Positions 36,195 to 47,749 of a DNA stretch of 64,000 nt are shown piece after piece. The notes beneath the pieces were generated by a model. That model made no database searches, was not told where the DNA came from, and saw only the letters and a program-made list of their open reading frames with translations. Positions within the stretch are counted from its first letter, which is position 1; every line of letters begins with the position of its first letter. Origin of the DNA: Balanoglossus misakiensis (Eukaryota > Animalia > Hemichordata); the NCBI GenBank assembly GCA_040954595.2, contig CM082578.2, positions 2,648,831 through 2,712,830 on the forward strand, in the 5' to 3' direction. Position numbers and translations under genes: made by a program.

Positions 36195-37955
36195 TTGCCT
36201 AACCGGATTACTGAACTTGGTGATGACCCTGACCGTGATTTTTTGATTTCTGGTATAACTGATGGTTTTCGTATTACTGACCCGGATTCATGTGTGCAAG
36301 AAGCACACATGAACAATTACTCTTCAGCCACCAAACCAGATTTTCATGGGAAAGTCGAGCGGCAGATATTGACCGAAATTAATCATGGTCAGTTTGTTTG
36401 CACTAATACTATCCCTACAATTGTGAGTGCATTGGGTGCCATCCCTAAAAAAGATAGTGATGACATTCGCCTGATACATGACTGTAGCCAACCATCTGGC
36501 AAGGCAGTCAATGATTATGCGTCTTTGGATAGTTTCAAGTATCAAACACTTCAGGATGCTATTTCTATGGTTACCCCGGGTTGTTTCATGGCCAAAGTTG
36601 ACTTAAAGAATGCCTATCGTTCAGTACGCATTCACCCATCTGACTATGAAAGTACTGGTTTAAAGTGGAAATTTAGGAATGACAGTGACTTCACTTACAT
36701 GTATGATACCAGACTACCGTTTGGTGCACGTAAATCCCCAGCCATTTTTAACCGTATCACGCAGGCTGTGAGGAGAATTATGTCAAACAAAGGGTATGAC
36801 TCTCTTATTGTGTACTTAGATGATTTTCTTATAATAACCCAGTCCTATGAGTCTTGTATAACAGCTATTAATGTGTTAATCAGTCTACTGCGTAACCTTG
36901 GTTTTAGTATTTCTTGGAAGAAATTAGAAGGCCCTACTCAGCGCATTAATTTTCTTGGGATCATTATTGATAGCAGAGCCATGAGGCTTGAATTGCCCAC
37001 ACAGAAGCAAGCAGAACTAGCTAAACTTCTTGCTAGTTTTAATGATAAAACAAGGGCAACAAAACGGCAACTCCAAAGCTTGGCAGGGAAGCTTAACTGG
37101 GCAGCTCAGGTAGTCCGCGGGGGGAGAATTTTTCTCCGGAGAATCCATGATGCAATCAACCGCCTAACTAGGTCTTGGCATAAATGCAAGCTATCCCGAG
37201 CTATTCGCAGCGACATCGCTTGGTGGCGCGACTGTATGTATATCTTTAATGGTAGGCCTATTTCTCTTGACCCGTGGCCTATTTCTGACCTGTTCATGGA
37301 TGCTTCTAAGCAGGCATCAGGCATCTACATGTATTTTCAAGGTGACTGGCAATACACTGTCTGGCAACTAGATTGGCCACAAATGAACAAGTTGCATATA
37401 AATTACAAAGAGGTTTTGTCTCTCTATTTGGCAGCCCGCAGGTGGGCCCCCCTCTGGGAAAATAAGTTAATTTTGGTCCATACAGATAGCACAACAGCTA
37501 AAGCCATTATTAACAAGGGTACTTCTCGTGAACCTTTAGTCATGGATACACTCAGACACCTCTTCTGGCTCTCTGTCCGTTATAATTTCCATGTTAGGGC
37601 TATCCATATCCTTGGTTGTATCAATGATATTCCTGATGCCATCTCTCGTTTACACCAACCTGGTCAACTAGACCGTTTTGATTCTCTTTTCTATGACTCT
37701 TGGCTTCGCAATCCTGATTGGGTCCCCTTGTATCCTTCAATTCCATATATGTCCAAAAAAGCCTTCGACTCCATCTTCCCACAGGTCCAGAAGTGGTGGG
37801 GAAAGAAGCTGAATTGGATCAGCAAGTCGCATCATACCGGGCAGCAACATTTGCCCAGAACACCAACCGCACTTATAAATCACAATGGCAGTGCTATCTC
37901 CGATTTTGCAACTCCATGGGCTACCGAGCAATCCCAGTTAACAACATTGTTTTAG
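36195..37955 (+). CDS. Reverse transcriptase + RNase H of the YR retrotransposon
   Basis: RLIHDCS, KVDLKNAYR, RLPFGARKSP, YLDDFLI (RT); MDAS, HINYKE, HTDS, NDIPDAISR (RNase H); 586 aa open. Confidence 0.93.
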   Translation: MPNRITELGDDPDRDFLISGITDGFRITDPDSCVQEAHMNNYSSATKPDFHGKVERQILTEINHGQFVCTNTIPTIVSALGAIPKKDSDDIRLIHDCSQPSGKAVNDYASLDSFKYQTLQDAISMVTPGCFMAKVDLKNAYRSVRIHPSDYESTGLKWKFRNDSDFTYMYDTRLPFGARKSPAIFNRITQAVRRIMSNKGYDSLIVYLDDFLIITQSYESCITAINVLISLLRNLGFSISWKKLEGPTQRINFLGIIIDSRAMRLELPTQKQAELAKLLASFNDKTRATKRQLQSLAGKLNWAAQVVRGGRIFLRRIHDAINRLTRSWHKCKLSRAIRSDIAWWRDCMYIFNGRPISLDPWPISDLFMDASKQASGIYMYFQGDWQYTVWQLDWPQMNKLHINYKEVLSLYLAARRWAPLWENKLILVHTDSTTAKAIINKGTSREPLVMDTLRHLFWLSVRYNFHVRAIHILGCINDIPDAISRLHQPGQLDRFDSLFYDSWLRNPDWVPLYPSIPYMSKKAFDSIFPQVQKWWGKKLNWISKSHHTGQQHLPRTPTALINHNGSAISDFATPWATEQSQLTTLF

Positions 37956-38781
37956 GCAGGTATGTTGCCTTCCTTGCAACACGCTTAAAATTTTCTTCCA
38001 TCAAGCAGTATCTAAATGTTCTGCGTATTTTTCACCTAGAAATGGGTTACAATAACCCGCTAAGTGAGAATTGGTTCCTAACTTCTCTCTTACTTGGTGT
38101 GAAGCGGTGCAAGGGAAGCACAGTGGAACGCAAGTTGCCGATCACCCCCAGTTTGCTCTTGCAGATTAGGTCTACCCTTAATTTGGCACAGCTAGATGAT
38201 GTACTGTTATGGTCTGTTTGTACATCTGCCTTTTTTGGCTTGCTAAGATTGTCAAACCTGCTTGTTCCTTCTGCAGCTCAGTTTGATGCTGGCAAGCATC
38301 TTTGTAGACAGGATATCATTTTTCGTCCTTGGGGTCTACTTCTCTCTATCAGATGGTCTAAGACCATTCAGTTTCAGCAACGTATTTTGCAGGTACCCCT
38401 TCCTTTTGTACCGGGCCACCCCCTTTGCCATGCCCTACAACGGCACTCCTAAGATTTTGGCTTCTTTCCGCCAGGGCCCCAGCACAGGGTCCAGCCTTCT
38501 GTCTCCCTGGGGTCCCTAGTTGCCCACCCTTTACACAGTCCATGTTTCGTTCACGCTTGCGTAGCGTCTTGTCTTCCCTTAGAGTTTCTGCAGCCACGTT
38601 TTCAGGCCATAGTTTTCGTCGTGGTGGGGCAACTTGGGCTCTGCAATGTGGCATCCCAGGGGAAATTATTAAAGTACTGGGAGACTGGCAGAGCTCTGCC
38701 TATCTGTCTTACGTCCAAGATGTTAGCTTAGAACAACGTTTATCTGCTATGTCAACTTTTACCCTACACCTACCACATTGA
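37718..38781 (+). pseudogene. Tyrosine recombinase, frameshifted at ~38428
   Basis: FFGLLRLSNL (R), WSKTIQF (K), GHSFRRGGAT (HxxR), GDWQSSAYLSY (W, Y). Removing 5 nt (CATGC) from CTTTGC-CATGC-CCTACA restores HPLCPTTALL. Confidence 0.9.
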
Positions 38782-39297
38782 GTTTCTTTGGACACCTTGG
38801 GAGAATAGTTCTGACATTAAGTCATTATGGACTTTCTGTATTTGCATTAAAGAACTATCCTGAGTGTGCCAACGAAACCAATGTGTCGTTCGTTTTCTAT
38901 TTTGTGTATGCATCAACTTTTCGCTGTCGATGTGACCATTTAACCAAACAAGAACCAATCACCAATCAGAGTTATTTCAGCTTGTTCCATCAAAATAGAA
39001 CCAATTGCGAAAATAGCATGACGAGCACCGGAATACCTTTTCGAGTTATTCGAGGCCCGCCGTTGTACGACCAGCGAAATGTATAGCTATAAACTGAGGC
39101 AATTCTGATGGCAGTTTCAAATGACACACTTGTGGCTGTCGAACATTGGTCCCAACTTAACGACAATACACAATACGATAGAATTTTTACTCATTGACTT
39201 TCTGGCCTGATTTTCGCATTGTCTTGGAAGGGCATATGAAAAAGGCATATCGATTATTGGTACTCCACTTATCAGACTTTCTACTGTTTGTCAACAG

Positions 39298-40090
39298 CAA
39301 TGTCAAGGAACTCCTGCCAGCCATCATTGATTGTCTGGATAGCAGTGACCAGAGTGTCGTCAATGTGGCTCTCCAACATCTACCTGAGTTTGCTCTGTTG
39401 TGCCAAGGTGAGGCCTATTATGATAGTCTGAATTAAGTTCCTAATAGCATTAAAATGGGCCATCCCAAGCAGAAAGCAGTCTTATGGGAGCGCGATACTT
39501 ATGACCATAAGACCCCTTTCTGCTTGGGATGGTCCAAATGTTCCTGTTCTGAACCACTCTTGTGCTCACTGAAAGTGTCAGAATTGAACCATTATGGCTG
39601 CCATTGGCCAACGTATCAAGCATTCTGATCAGTACCGTAAATAGAGACTTCTTTTGCAAGATTAATCAAAGTTTCATATAACGAAGAATTTACATCATAA
39701 ATGTAAAATGAATGTGAAACTAGTCTGTCATTTGAAATGTGTCATAAATTTGCACTGTTTTGATAGCAGTGATCATCTTGACTTTCACATCATGCAACCA
39801 GAATCTTGATCAAATGAATTTTGCATACCTGGAATTTATATACTTGTTAGCACACTACAGCCAATGGTAGAATAGACAGTGTTGTGGTCAATAATTACAA
39901 TTTTGAGTGTAAGTGGATATCTTGTCAATGCAGATCATCTGGACTTTTGTTTTGTTTCCTTTCAGAGTATGCAAATGTTTTACTGCAGAAAGCATTCATC
40001 GTTGGAATTAACACCAAGCTTGACACGGCACCCATCATAGCAGAGACTCTGCAACTGGTGAATATGGAATCAGTCACAGTATATTCATAA
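39298..40090 (+). pseudogene. INTS1: Last two exons of INTS1 (duplicate B); upstream exons not seen
   Basis: Exon 39298-39407 NVKELLPAIIDCLDSSDQSVVNVALQHLPEFALLCQ and exon 39966-40090 EYANVLLQKAFIVGINTKLDTAPIIAETLQLVNMESVTVYS*; resembles INTS1 ...VVQTALRNLPEYALLCQ|EHAAVLLHRAF. Confidence 0.8.
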
Positions 40091-40949
40091 AGTAAACCCT
40101 CTTACATGGACGTTAATAGTAGCGGGGAAAAATATCTCTCAGATCTTGTCGTTTTTCATTTTATATAAACACTACTACACACAGCAGTTCTTCATAGAAA
40201 TAGAGCCTTTTTTTGCTTTTTGTTATGGCCCCCTCATACATGTCCACACCATCAGGTCATAGGTCAACTGACATCTGAGGCTCAGTAATGGATTTTTCTC
40301 TATTCTAACTCCTCTGTGCGTATTGAATTTTGAAAGAAAAAATGACATTTCACTGATTTATATTGACACTGATACGGAGAGATCATTGCTGATTTAAGTA
40401 TTCACAGCGAGATTAAGAATAAAGAGCATTTATAAGACACCATTGTGTGATTCGATCTTCTGTTTTAATCTGTTACTCCCATGTTGATTCTTGGTGAGGC
40501 AGACGTTGAAAAGGCAGTCAAGTTTACCGTTGTTCCTCGCATGATGGCAGTATATACTGACCGGTGGATGCTGATCTTGGAGGACAGTTACCCGTTGGTG
40601 ACAGAAAACTGCCACCGCCGGTACTGTCCGCACACTTCGCACTGAGTACAACGGCGCCATTGTTGAAATATTTGTATCTGGGATAATTTCTGTGAATTCT
40701 GGTAAAATTGGATTATCAAATCGTTTTCAACTTCTGTGGGCCTTTATTCCCTTTGAATAACACAGTGTTCAACATTGACATTATTTTGGACTCTGACCAT
40801 TCCTGATTTGTAGCGCTCCTACACGTCAAGTGAAATGAATTCTTTAAGGCGTTAACATTGAAGTGCTGAATACTATAGTAGATGATTTTCCTCTCATTGC
40901 GAGATCTCGCGAGACTAGGTTGTGTTCCGTAGCAACTTGCCAAGTAATA

Positions 40950-42668
40950 CAAGTCAAGCTTTGTATGAAATTATAATAGGTGCCGAGTTTAACAAAAATG
41001 TAACTTTTGTGCCGTGTTTTGTTTGTGTTGTCACATGAGAATGCCCTCCCGTACAAACTTCTTATCCAGGCGAGATCTCTCTTGGAGTTCTAAAAATTGT
41101 CTCAGTATTAGACTAGTCTTCGAGATGCTCTAAATACTCCAGATTCTGTCCTGGATGATAGTACTTGCAGTAATAGTTGTCGGTATCGTCAATACGTCTG
41201 TAGGAACAATATTCAGCATTTGCCAAAAATGTGACGTTTCCCTCTGGATGCCAGCGTATAAACATGGAAAGTTTCTCTGGGCACACCTATTGAAGAAAAC
41301 AATGAATTGTCAGTCGCACTTTTCTTGTCCTGTATACGAGAATTAATTTTTTAATTTAATAGCAAAACAAACCACATTCCGAAAAGTGGCGGATAATGGT
41401 TCGGGTCGTAATTAGAGAATTGTTCGCAAAATTATCAAGCTGGTAGAACTGGAAATTGTATGCAAAACTAGTATGGCATGTACGCCCATTCTTCCTTTTT
41501 TGAAGCCAAAATCCAATTTCTGACTTTGATATGAAATCAACACCCGGAGAGAATTGGAATAATGTTAACCTGATTATATTGACTATTTAGACAGATACCA
41601 AAAGAATACTTAAAGGGACAAAGTCTCTCTCTCGCTGCCCTTTACCCGTGATTAATTATGTTTGATACAAGGCAACGTTTATGTTATTCTACATGTGGAT
41701 ATATACTAGTAGTAGAGACCGTTTTGGTGAGTTTTTCACACTCGTGTCTACAAGTGGAATGGAAGCTGTGTGTAGTCGAACGTTGATTCACTATATATCC
41801 ACATGTAGAATAAAATAAACAGTGTCTTGTATTAAACATAGAAACAAACCAACGGGAAAATGGGCGAGAGAGCGACTTTAACATTTTCTTCAAACTTACA
41901 TCAATGTCGTAGCACGTTTCGACGAGTCCGTTGTTAACGTACATGTGAAGTGTGCAATTCATGCAGCCTCTAACCAGTTCGTCATCGGATATCATGGAAC
42001 CCTGCAGTGAAATGAAGCAATGGAATAAAGAAGCAAATACAGAGTGAACAGAGAGGAAAAGTTAATTTAAACAGGTGATATCGCATGCACGAAGGTGTTT
42101 GTATAGTGCATCGTGGACCCGCAAGTCACCACCGGGAAATTGAATCTTCCAGTGCTAGGCTACTCGTCTGTGAAATGCCATCGATGCGATATTGACCACC
42201 TCGCCTTTCAAGTATCAGACATACAATCGCTAAAATTATATACTTGTCTAGTTACTATGCACTCGTCTTCGATTACTCCACCACACTCGTTAGGAATGCC
42301 TGGGAAAATATTATCCATAATTGTGTTTTTAAGATCTTATTTTGCTTTACCAGGCTTGTCAGTGTGTCCAACTTGTCAATCACAATGTCCACGGCTCGGA
42401 ATGTATTTGTTGGTCCGATGTAACTGCCGACAACTTTCAAAAACCTGGTCGTGTGAATCGGATCCTCATTTTCCAATATGTCGGGTAGCATCATGATCTC
42501 GTCGAAACACTCCACGCCGTGCGTTAAGACAATATCATACATGGCGTCGTTGTAAGCCGTGATTTGGGCAGAGGAACAAACCCATGGCTGAGAACGGAAT
42601 GGATGCCCGGCTTCGAGGCCACGATACACGATGACCAGAAGAGCAGATACGACAAACAGCAACCACAT
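40950..42668 (-). pseudogene. Unrecognised secreted-protein family, paralog 2 (disabled)
   Basis: Signal-peptide exon 42668-~42345, exon GSMISDDELVRGCMNCTLHMYVNNGLVETCYDIDVSL (~42002-41885) and exon CPEKLSMFIRWHP/GNVTFLANAEYCSYRRIDDTDNYYCKYYHPGQNLEYL (~41287-41120), with stops and frameshifts. Confidence 0.65.
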
Positions 42669-44039
42669 TGTACGCGTTTACCTGTAGAAGCAAGAATTAC
42701 CTCTCCATAAGATGATATAGCAGGTTTATACCATCAGGGACAAACTCCTATACAAAGAAGTACGAAGCCCCGATCAAACAATGATAATATTTCATTAGAT
42801 TACAATGTTGCTACTAAACCGGATTTTATAAGCATTCTTTTATTTCATGACAATAAATTTTATGGCAGAATGGACACAGCCAAAAAAAAATTGCCGAAAG
42901 TTTGAGCATTATTCAACTGTTTCCGCCACAGAAATGCATATCCCCGCAACGAATCTACTTCAGTCTTGCTGCAAAACTTTGTGATATTGAAATGCGTCCG
43001 CGTATAGAAAATCCTGTGGACGCGACGCTAATGACATCGTCGCTCTGCTTGGCGACGTGTCGTAATAGAGACTATACGAAGCTACTAACATAAAACTACA
43101 CGGTAAAATATACTTACCTCTTACTGCTTAGCTTTGAAAGTGTGCAACGAAAGCTTACATGCATCTGCACGGATGAATTCTTTAATGTTTGTGCACGAAT
43201 TTTATAAATACTGTCACGATGTGTGTGTTATTTTAAAACTACAGGAAAGTTTTTTTTTAAATAGTTTATATTAGAAAATGAAAATGAAAAAAAAATAGTA
43301 GTTATACAGAAGAATGCTGGTTGATTTTTTTTCGGTTTTATTAATGCCACGCATACAACTGCTGAACATATAATTCTGACGTTGTTATGTCCAAGTCCCA
43401 TTTTCAATTGCAGCTTACTTAACTGATGTTAATAGATATCAAATATTCACTTTTCTTAATGGAAGCGTTATTGCATTTAGCATTCGTTTTAGTACTCTTG
43501 ACTGTATTGGTACTAACCATGCAACGAACCAAGAATTACCAAAAAGGAAACCAAGAGAGATTGGAAACCACATATGCTTAATATATAGAAGGTTGGCTAT
43601 CACAGATGTCTTGCACGTTTCTAGATGACTGGTCCAAGCACAACAGAAATCGCATCTTTCAGCTGGGTCTCCGTGAAATGAAATGGCACCGGGAACTGAA
43701 CTGGTTTTTACACGAAGGCTGGGCAAATACTGCTATTAACAAACGCACAATACCAGTTTCATTTTGAAGTATTATTTTATTTTATTTATATATAGTGAAT
43801 CAACGTTCAGCCACACACACCGTACAGCCCGCTTGTAGACACGAGAGTGAAAAACTTGCCAAAATGAATAAATTGTAGAGTTTTTCACTCTCGTGTCTAC
43901 AAGTGGGCTGTAAGGTGTGTGTGGTTGAACGTTGATTTACTATATATCCACATGTAGAATAACATAAATGGTGTCTTGTATCAAACAAGGTTAATGGAAA
44001 AGGGGTAGTGAGAGGGAAACTTTGTCCTTTAACATTGGC

Positions 44040-44534
44040 ACAATCAATTGCACGCGGTGCAGTCTATAACTCCAAATCGTGTTCAGGGTGATAGAACTTG
44101 CAGTAGTAACTGTAGGTGTCTTCAGAACCTCTGTAGGCACAGTACTCAACGTTGACAGAAAAGGTGACATTTCCTGGTGGATTCCAGTAGAGTGCCTGGG
44201 AGAGTTTCTCGGGACGTATCTAAATATTAAAATATAATAATAAAAAGATTCAATTTTCACCATTATGATTTTTTTCACAAATGTCCTGTTGCGTGGGAAA
44301 TACAAGACTCCCTAAAAGATTGCAGAATTCCAAAGTCAGAAGGTAGTGTTCCAGGCAAACATATTACACAGAATGAAAATACCGAGAGAATTATCAAAAG
44401 TTACGGACAGTGGATCTTTGATTAAACTTACGTCCATGTCTTTGCACGTTTCAGCGAGTCTTTCCTCGGTATAGACGTTTACTGTACACTCTAAACACTC
44501 TATGACAGATTCGTCGTCAGATATCCTGGTTCCC
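44040..44534 (-). pseudogene. Secreted-protein family paralog 3, downstream exons
   Basis: cccacag|GTRISDDESVIECLECTVNVYTEERLAETCKDMDVSLIKDPLSVTFDNSL|gtattt and ttag|IRPEKLSQALYWNPPGNVTFSVNVEYCAYRGSEDTYSYYCKFYHPEHDLEL*, homologous to paralog 2 exons. Confidence 0.65.
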
Positions 44535-47500
44535 TGTGGGAAAAAGGAGCAACGTATTGTTCTCAATACAGGAGGGTCTGTGATCGTTGCAACTAAGCTA
44601 CCTAGTCCATGGGCCAGAGACCGAAACCCTCCCCCCCCTGAGGATTTTTGCAGACATATATTTTTGGAAAGCCTATTTATCCAGCTGTCAGAATCAGGTT
44701 GTTTGCACTCATATTAATGGTGGGTGTGGCCGTGAGGAGCGGTTGTCATGGTAACGATAGCATAATTTTAGGGGTACTCATACAGTTAAAAAATGATATA
44801 TTTCAGGATCTGAGAAAGCTAGAGAAAAAATTTAAACATTGGGTCTTATAAAGTAGGGGACGGGCTATCCAATGATTACATGACCGACAAGGTCAGAGGT
44901 CAAGTTCATCTTCAAAACGCGGGGTCAAAGTAAAAATTTCGCTATTTTTTGCACATCGATCATACATAGTTTCGATTTACTGGAAAACGGTTTGCTCGAG
45001 GAGGCTGTAAATTGGTCATCAGGTAGCATGGAACATTAGGTTTATGAAAAATAAGCTGATTCACGTCTTTGATATTAAGTTATATTAAAATTCTGTTACC
45101 ATAACGACGGATAGCAGATTTTGCGAAAATCACAAAAATAAGAATCCTGCTATATCTTTGCTACCAATTAAGCTTTAGATAAAATTTAAACACTCAAACT
45201 TATAATGTCGGGTGCGATCTTTTCATTGCTAACTTGAACTTTGGGGTTCAAGGTCAAGGTCATCGTCAAATTTCAGGTCAAAGTGACAAAATGGACATTA
45301 TGGATTTTTGTTCAAAATGACATTTTACGGCGAGCGTTTACTAAACACTGTTTGGGTCTAGAATGCTATAATTTGATCTCCAGATAGAGATGTGTATTGT
45401 TTACAAAGATTTTAATTTGTTTTGCTGTTTACATATACTTAATATGCAAAACCTGCTGTTTTAATGACAACAAAATGAATGGTAGGAATAGCAAGAGTAC
45501 TCATACAGTTAAAATGAGATATTTCAGGTTCTGAGAAAGCTAGAGAAAAAATTTAAACATTCAGTATTATAAAGTAGGGTACGGGCTATCCAATTATTAC
45601 ACGACCGACAAGGTCAGAGGTCAAGTTCATCTTCAAAACTTGGGGTCAAAGTGAAAATTTCGCTATTTTTTGCATATCGGTCATACATAGTTTTGATTTA
45701 CTGGAAAACGGTTTGCTCGAGGAGGCTGTAAATTGGTCATCAGGTAGCAAGGAATATTAGCTTTAAGAAAAATAGGCCTATTTTCGTCTTTGGTTGTAAT
45801 TTATATTAAAATTCTGTAACCATAACGACGGATAGAAGATTTTGCGAAATTCCCCCAAATAAGAAACTTGCTATATCTTTTCTACCAATTAAGCTTTAGA
45901 TAAAATTTAAACACTCAAACTTATATTGTCGGATGCGAGCTTTTGATTGCTAAATTGAACTTTGGGGTTCAAGGTCAAGGTCATCCTCAAATTTCGGGTC
46001 AAAGTGACAAAATGGGCATTATGGACTTTGTTCAAAATGACATTTTACGGCGAGCGTTTACTACACTGTTGGGATCTAGAATGCTATAATTTTGTATATT
46101 TTGATATTAATATTCAAATAAGATGCCACTTTGATTTCTGGATATTATTATATAAAAAAACGCGACCGTGGGAGTGCGAGTCATGCTGATTTATGCGTTA
46201 TCCCATGATGCCACTGTAGCAATAGTCCAGACAACCCGATCGAATATCTGTGTTTTAGGCACAGAGATTTTTTGGAAATTGTGCGTAAAGCACTTAAGAC
46301 ACATTATATACTCAAAAGCAATGTTTTTAAATCACAATCATTCATAATCATACAAAATGAATGCTACGTTTTTTTAAAAAAACGTTTGCTCATGTGGAAA
46401 TGTTTTCCGGTTGTTTGTCATTGCATGGCCTCCATCTTGCTGATGAAACGTCCAGCGCTAGGTTGTGCAACTTTTTATCATGGTCATGATGGTGTAAAGG
46501 TAGGGAACACAGTCAATGCCTGAGATGGATTGTGATCTTTTGACTTCCCAGCCTGCTAATGAACTTTTGGAAATAGTTCACACTTTTGTGGAACACATCA
46601 TTGAACATCATTTCCCGCTTATGGCTGAGTTTAGACAAGAGAGGAGTAACTTTTAACTTTTGGTATGACTTTGTGTAGAGTATTGCTGCCATTACAACTC
46701 TACCCACCGGTGGAAATGTAAGTGCATTAAGAAATGGTGATTGAGATATTTGCCAAACTGCTAAGAATCAGCTATTATTTCCTCTGTTGTTTTGTGCCAA
46801 TCGAAACGGACTATGCAAGATACATGTCAGTACTTATTCTGGTGATGCATGGAATACCCAAAAGTGTACAAGAGTCATTAAATGAGGAGGATTCATGGCA
46901 AACTTATCTGACGATTCACTAAAGGGTGCTGGTGGTGTTATAGGATTAAAGATGAGAGGTTTAGCACTTGAAAAGTGGTTTTGAGTGGACCGATTACTGC
47001 AAAGTTCTCTGATACATTTCACAAATAAATATGCAGTAATGAGTATTGGTAAACAAAATAAGATCCAATATGGAAAAGCAGTCATTAAGAGATGGAATAC
47101 TGATGTGGCAAAGCTTTAAGAATTACACTACAGACTGAATGTCCTGCACATGGCGCGCTTGCCGGGCGCGCTCAGTGGCTTGCTGCGCGCGCCAGGGGGC
47201 TCGGTCCCTCCGGGCCCAGCAGGCCCATGGGCCCGCAGGGCTTGCTAATTAAATGTGTTTGGTGGGCCCGCATTCGGGCCCACCGGGCCCAGCTAGCCCA
47301 TGGGCCCGCTGCGCTTGCTGTGTTTGGCGGGCCCGAATGCACACATGAGAAGTCTGCCAGTCTTAGAATGAGAAGAAGGCATGTTTGAGAACTCTGGAGT
47401 TAAGAATTGGGCTAGCATGTCACCGGAATAAATTTAATAATAGACGTTTCGTGTGTGTCTGCATGTGTCCGAGATGTAATCAATGTGTCATGGTTTACCA

Positions 47501-47711
47501 CGACAAATTCTAGCTCAGTCTTCTTGATCGGGCCTAGATTGATCATTGCAACCTAATCATCAAAGTTAGCAAACATGTAAGATCGTTCGCATTTGCCTGA
47601 GGTACCACCTCGATCGGACTGTGACTCGATCTCTCTACGTGATGTGATGTCGATCGACGCCATGTTTGTTTACATGATTGTACAATCGTGCGTAGCTATG
47701 GTCTGACGCAG

Positions 47712-47749
47712 CATGGAGGTACTAGAGAGATCTCTCTAGTACCTCCATG
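47712..47749. mobile_element. 38-bp perfect palindrome with 7-bp TSD (P-element-like CATGG ends)
   Basis: GACGCAG|CATGGAGGTACTAGAGAGATCTCTCTAGTACCTCCATG|GACGCAG. Confidence 0.75.

Larger units (their letters stand above)
34493..38860 (+). mobile_element. Ngaro-type (DIRS order) tyrosine-recombinase retrotransposon, disabled; boundaries approximate
   Basis: Gag-like ORF1, RT/RNase H ORF2 and an overlapping tyrosine recombinase ORF3; no methyltransferase domain seen. 3' split direct repeats not found. Confidence 0.9.

Noticed and set aside
44648-44851. Identical 67-aa ORFs here and at 55149-55352
   Set aside because: They are the two TIRs of the Academ element, not a duplicated gene.
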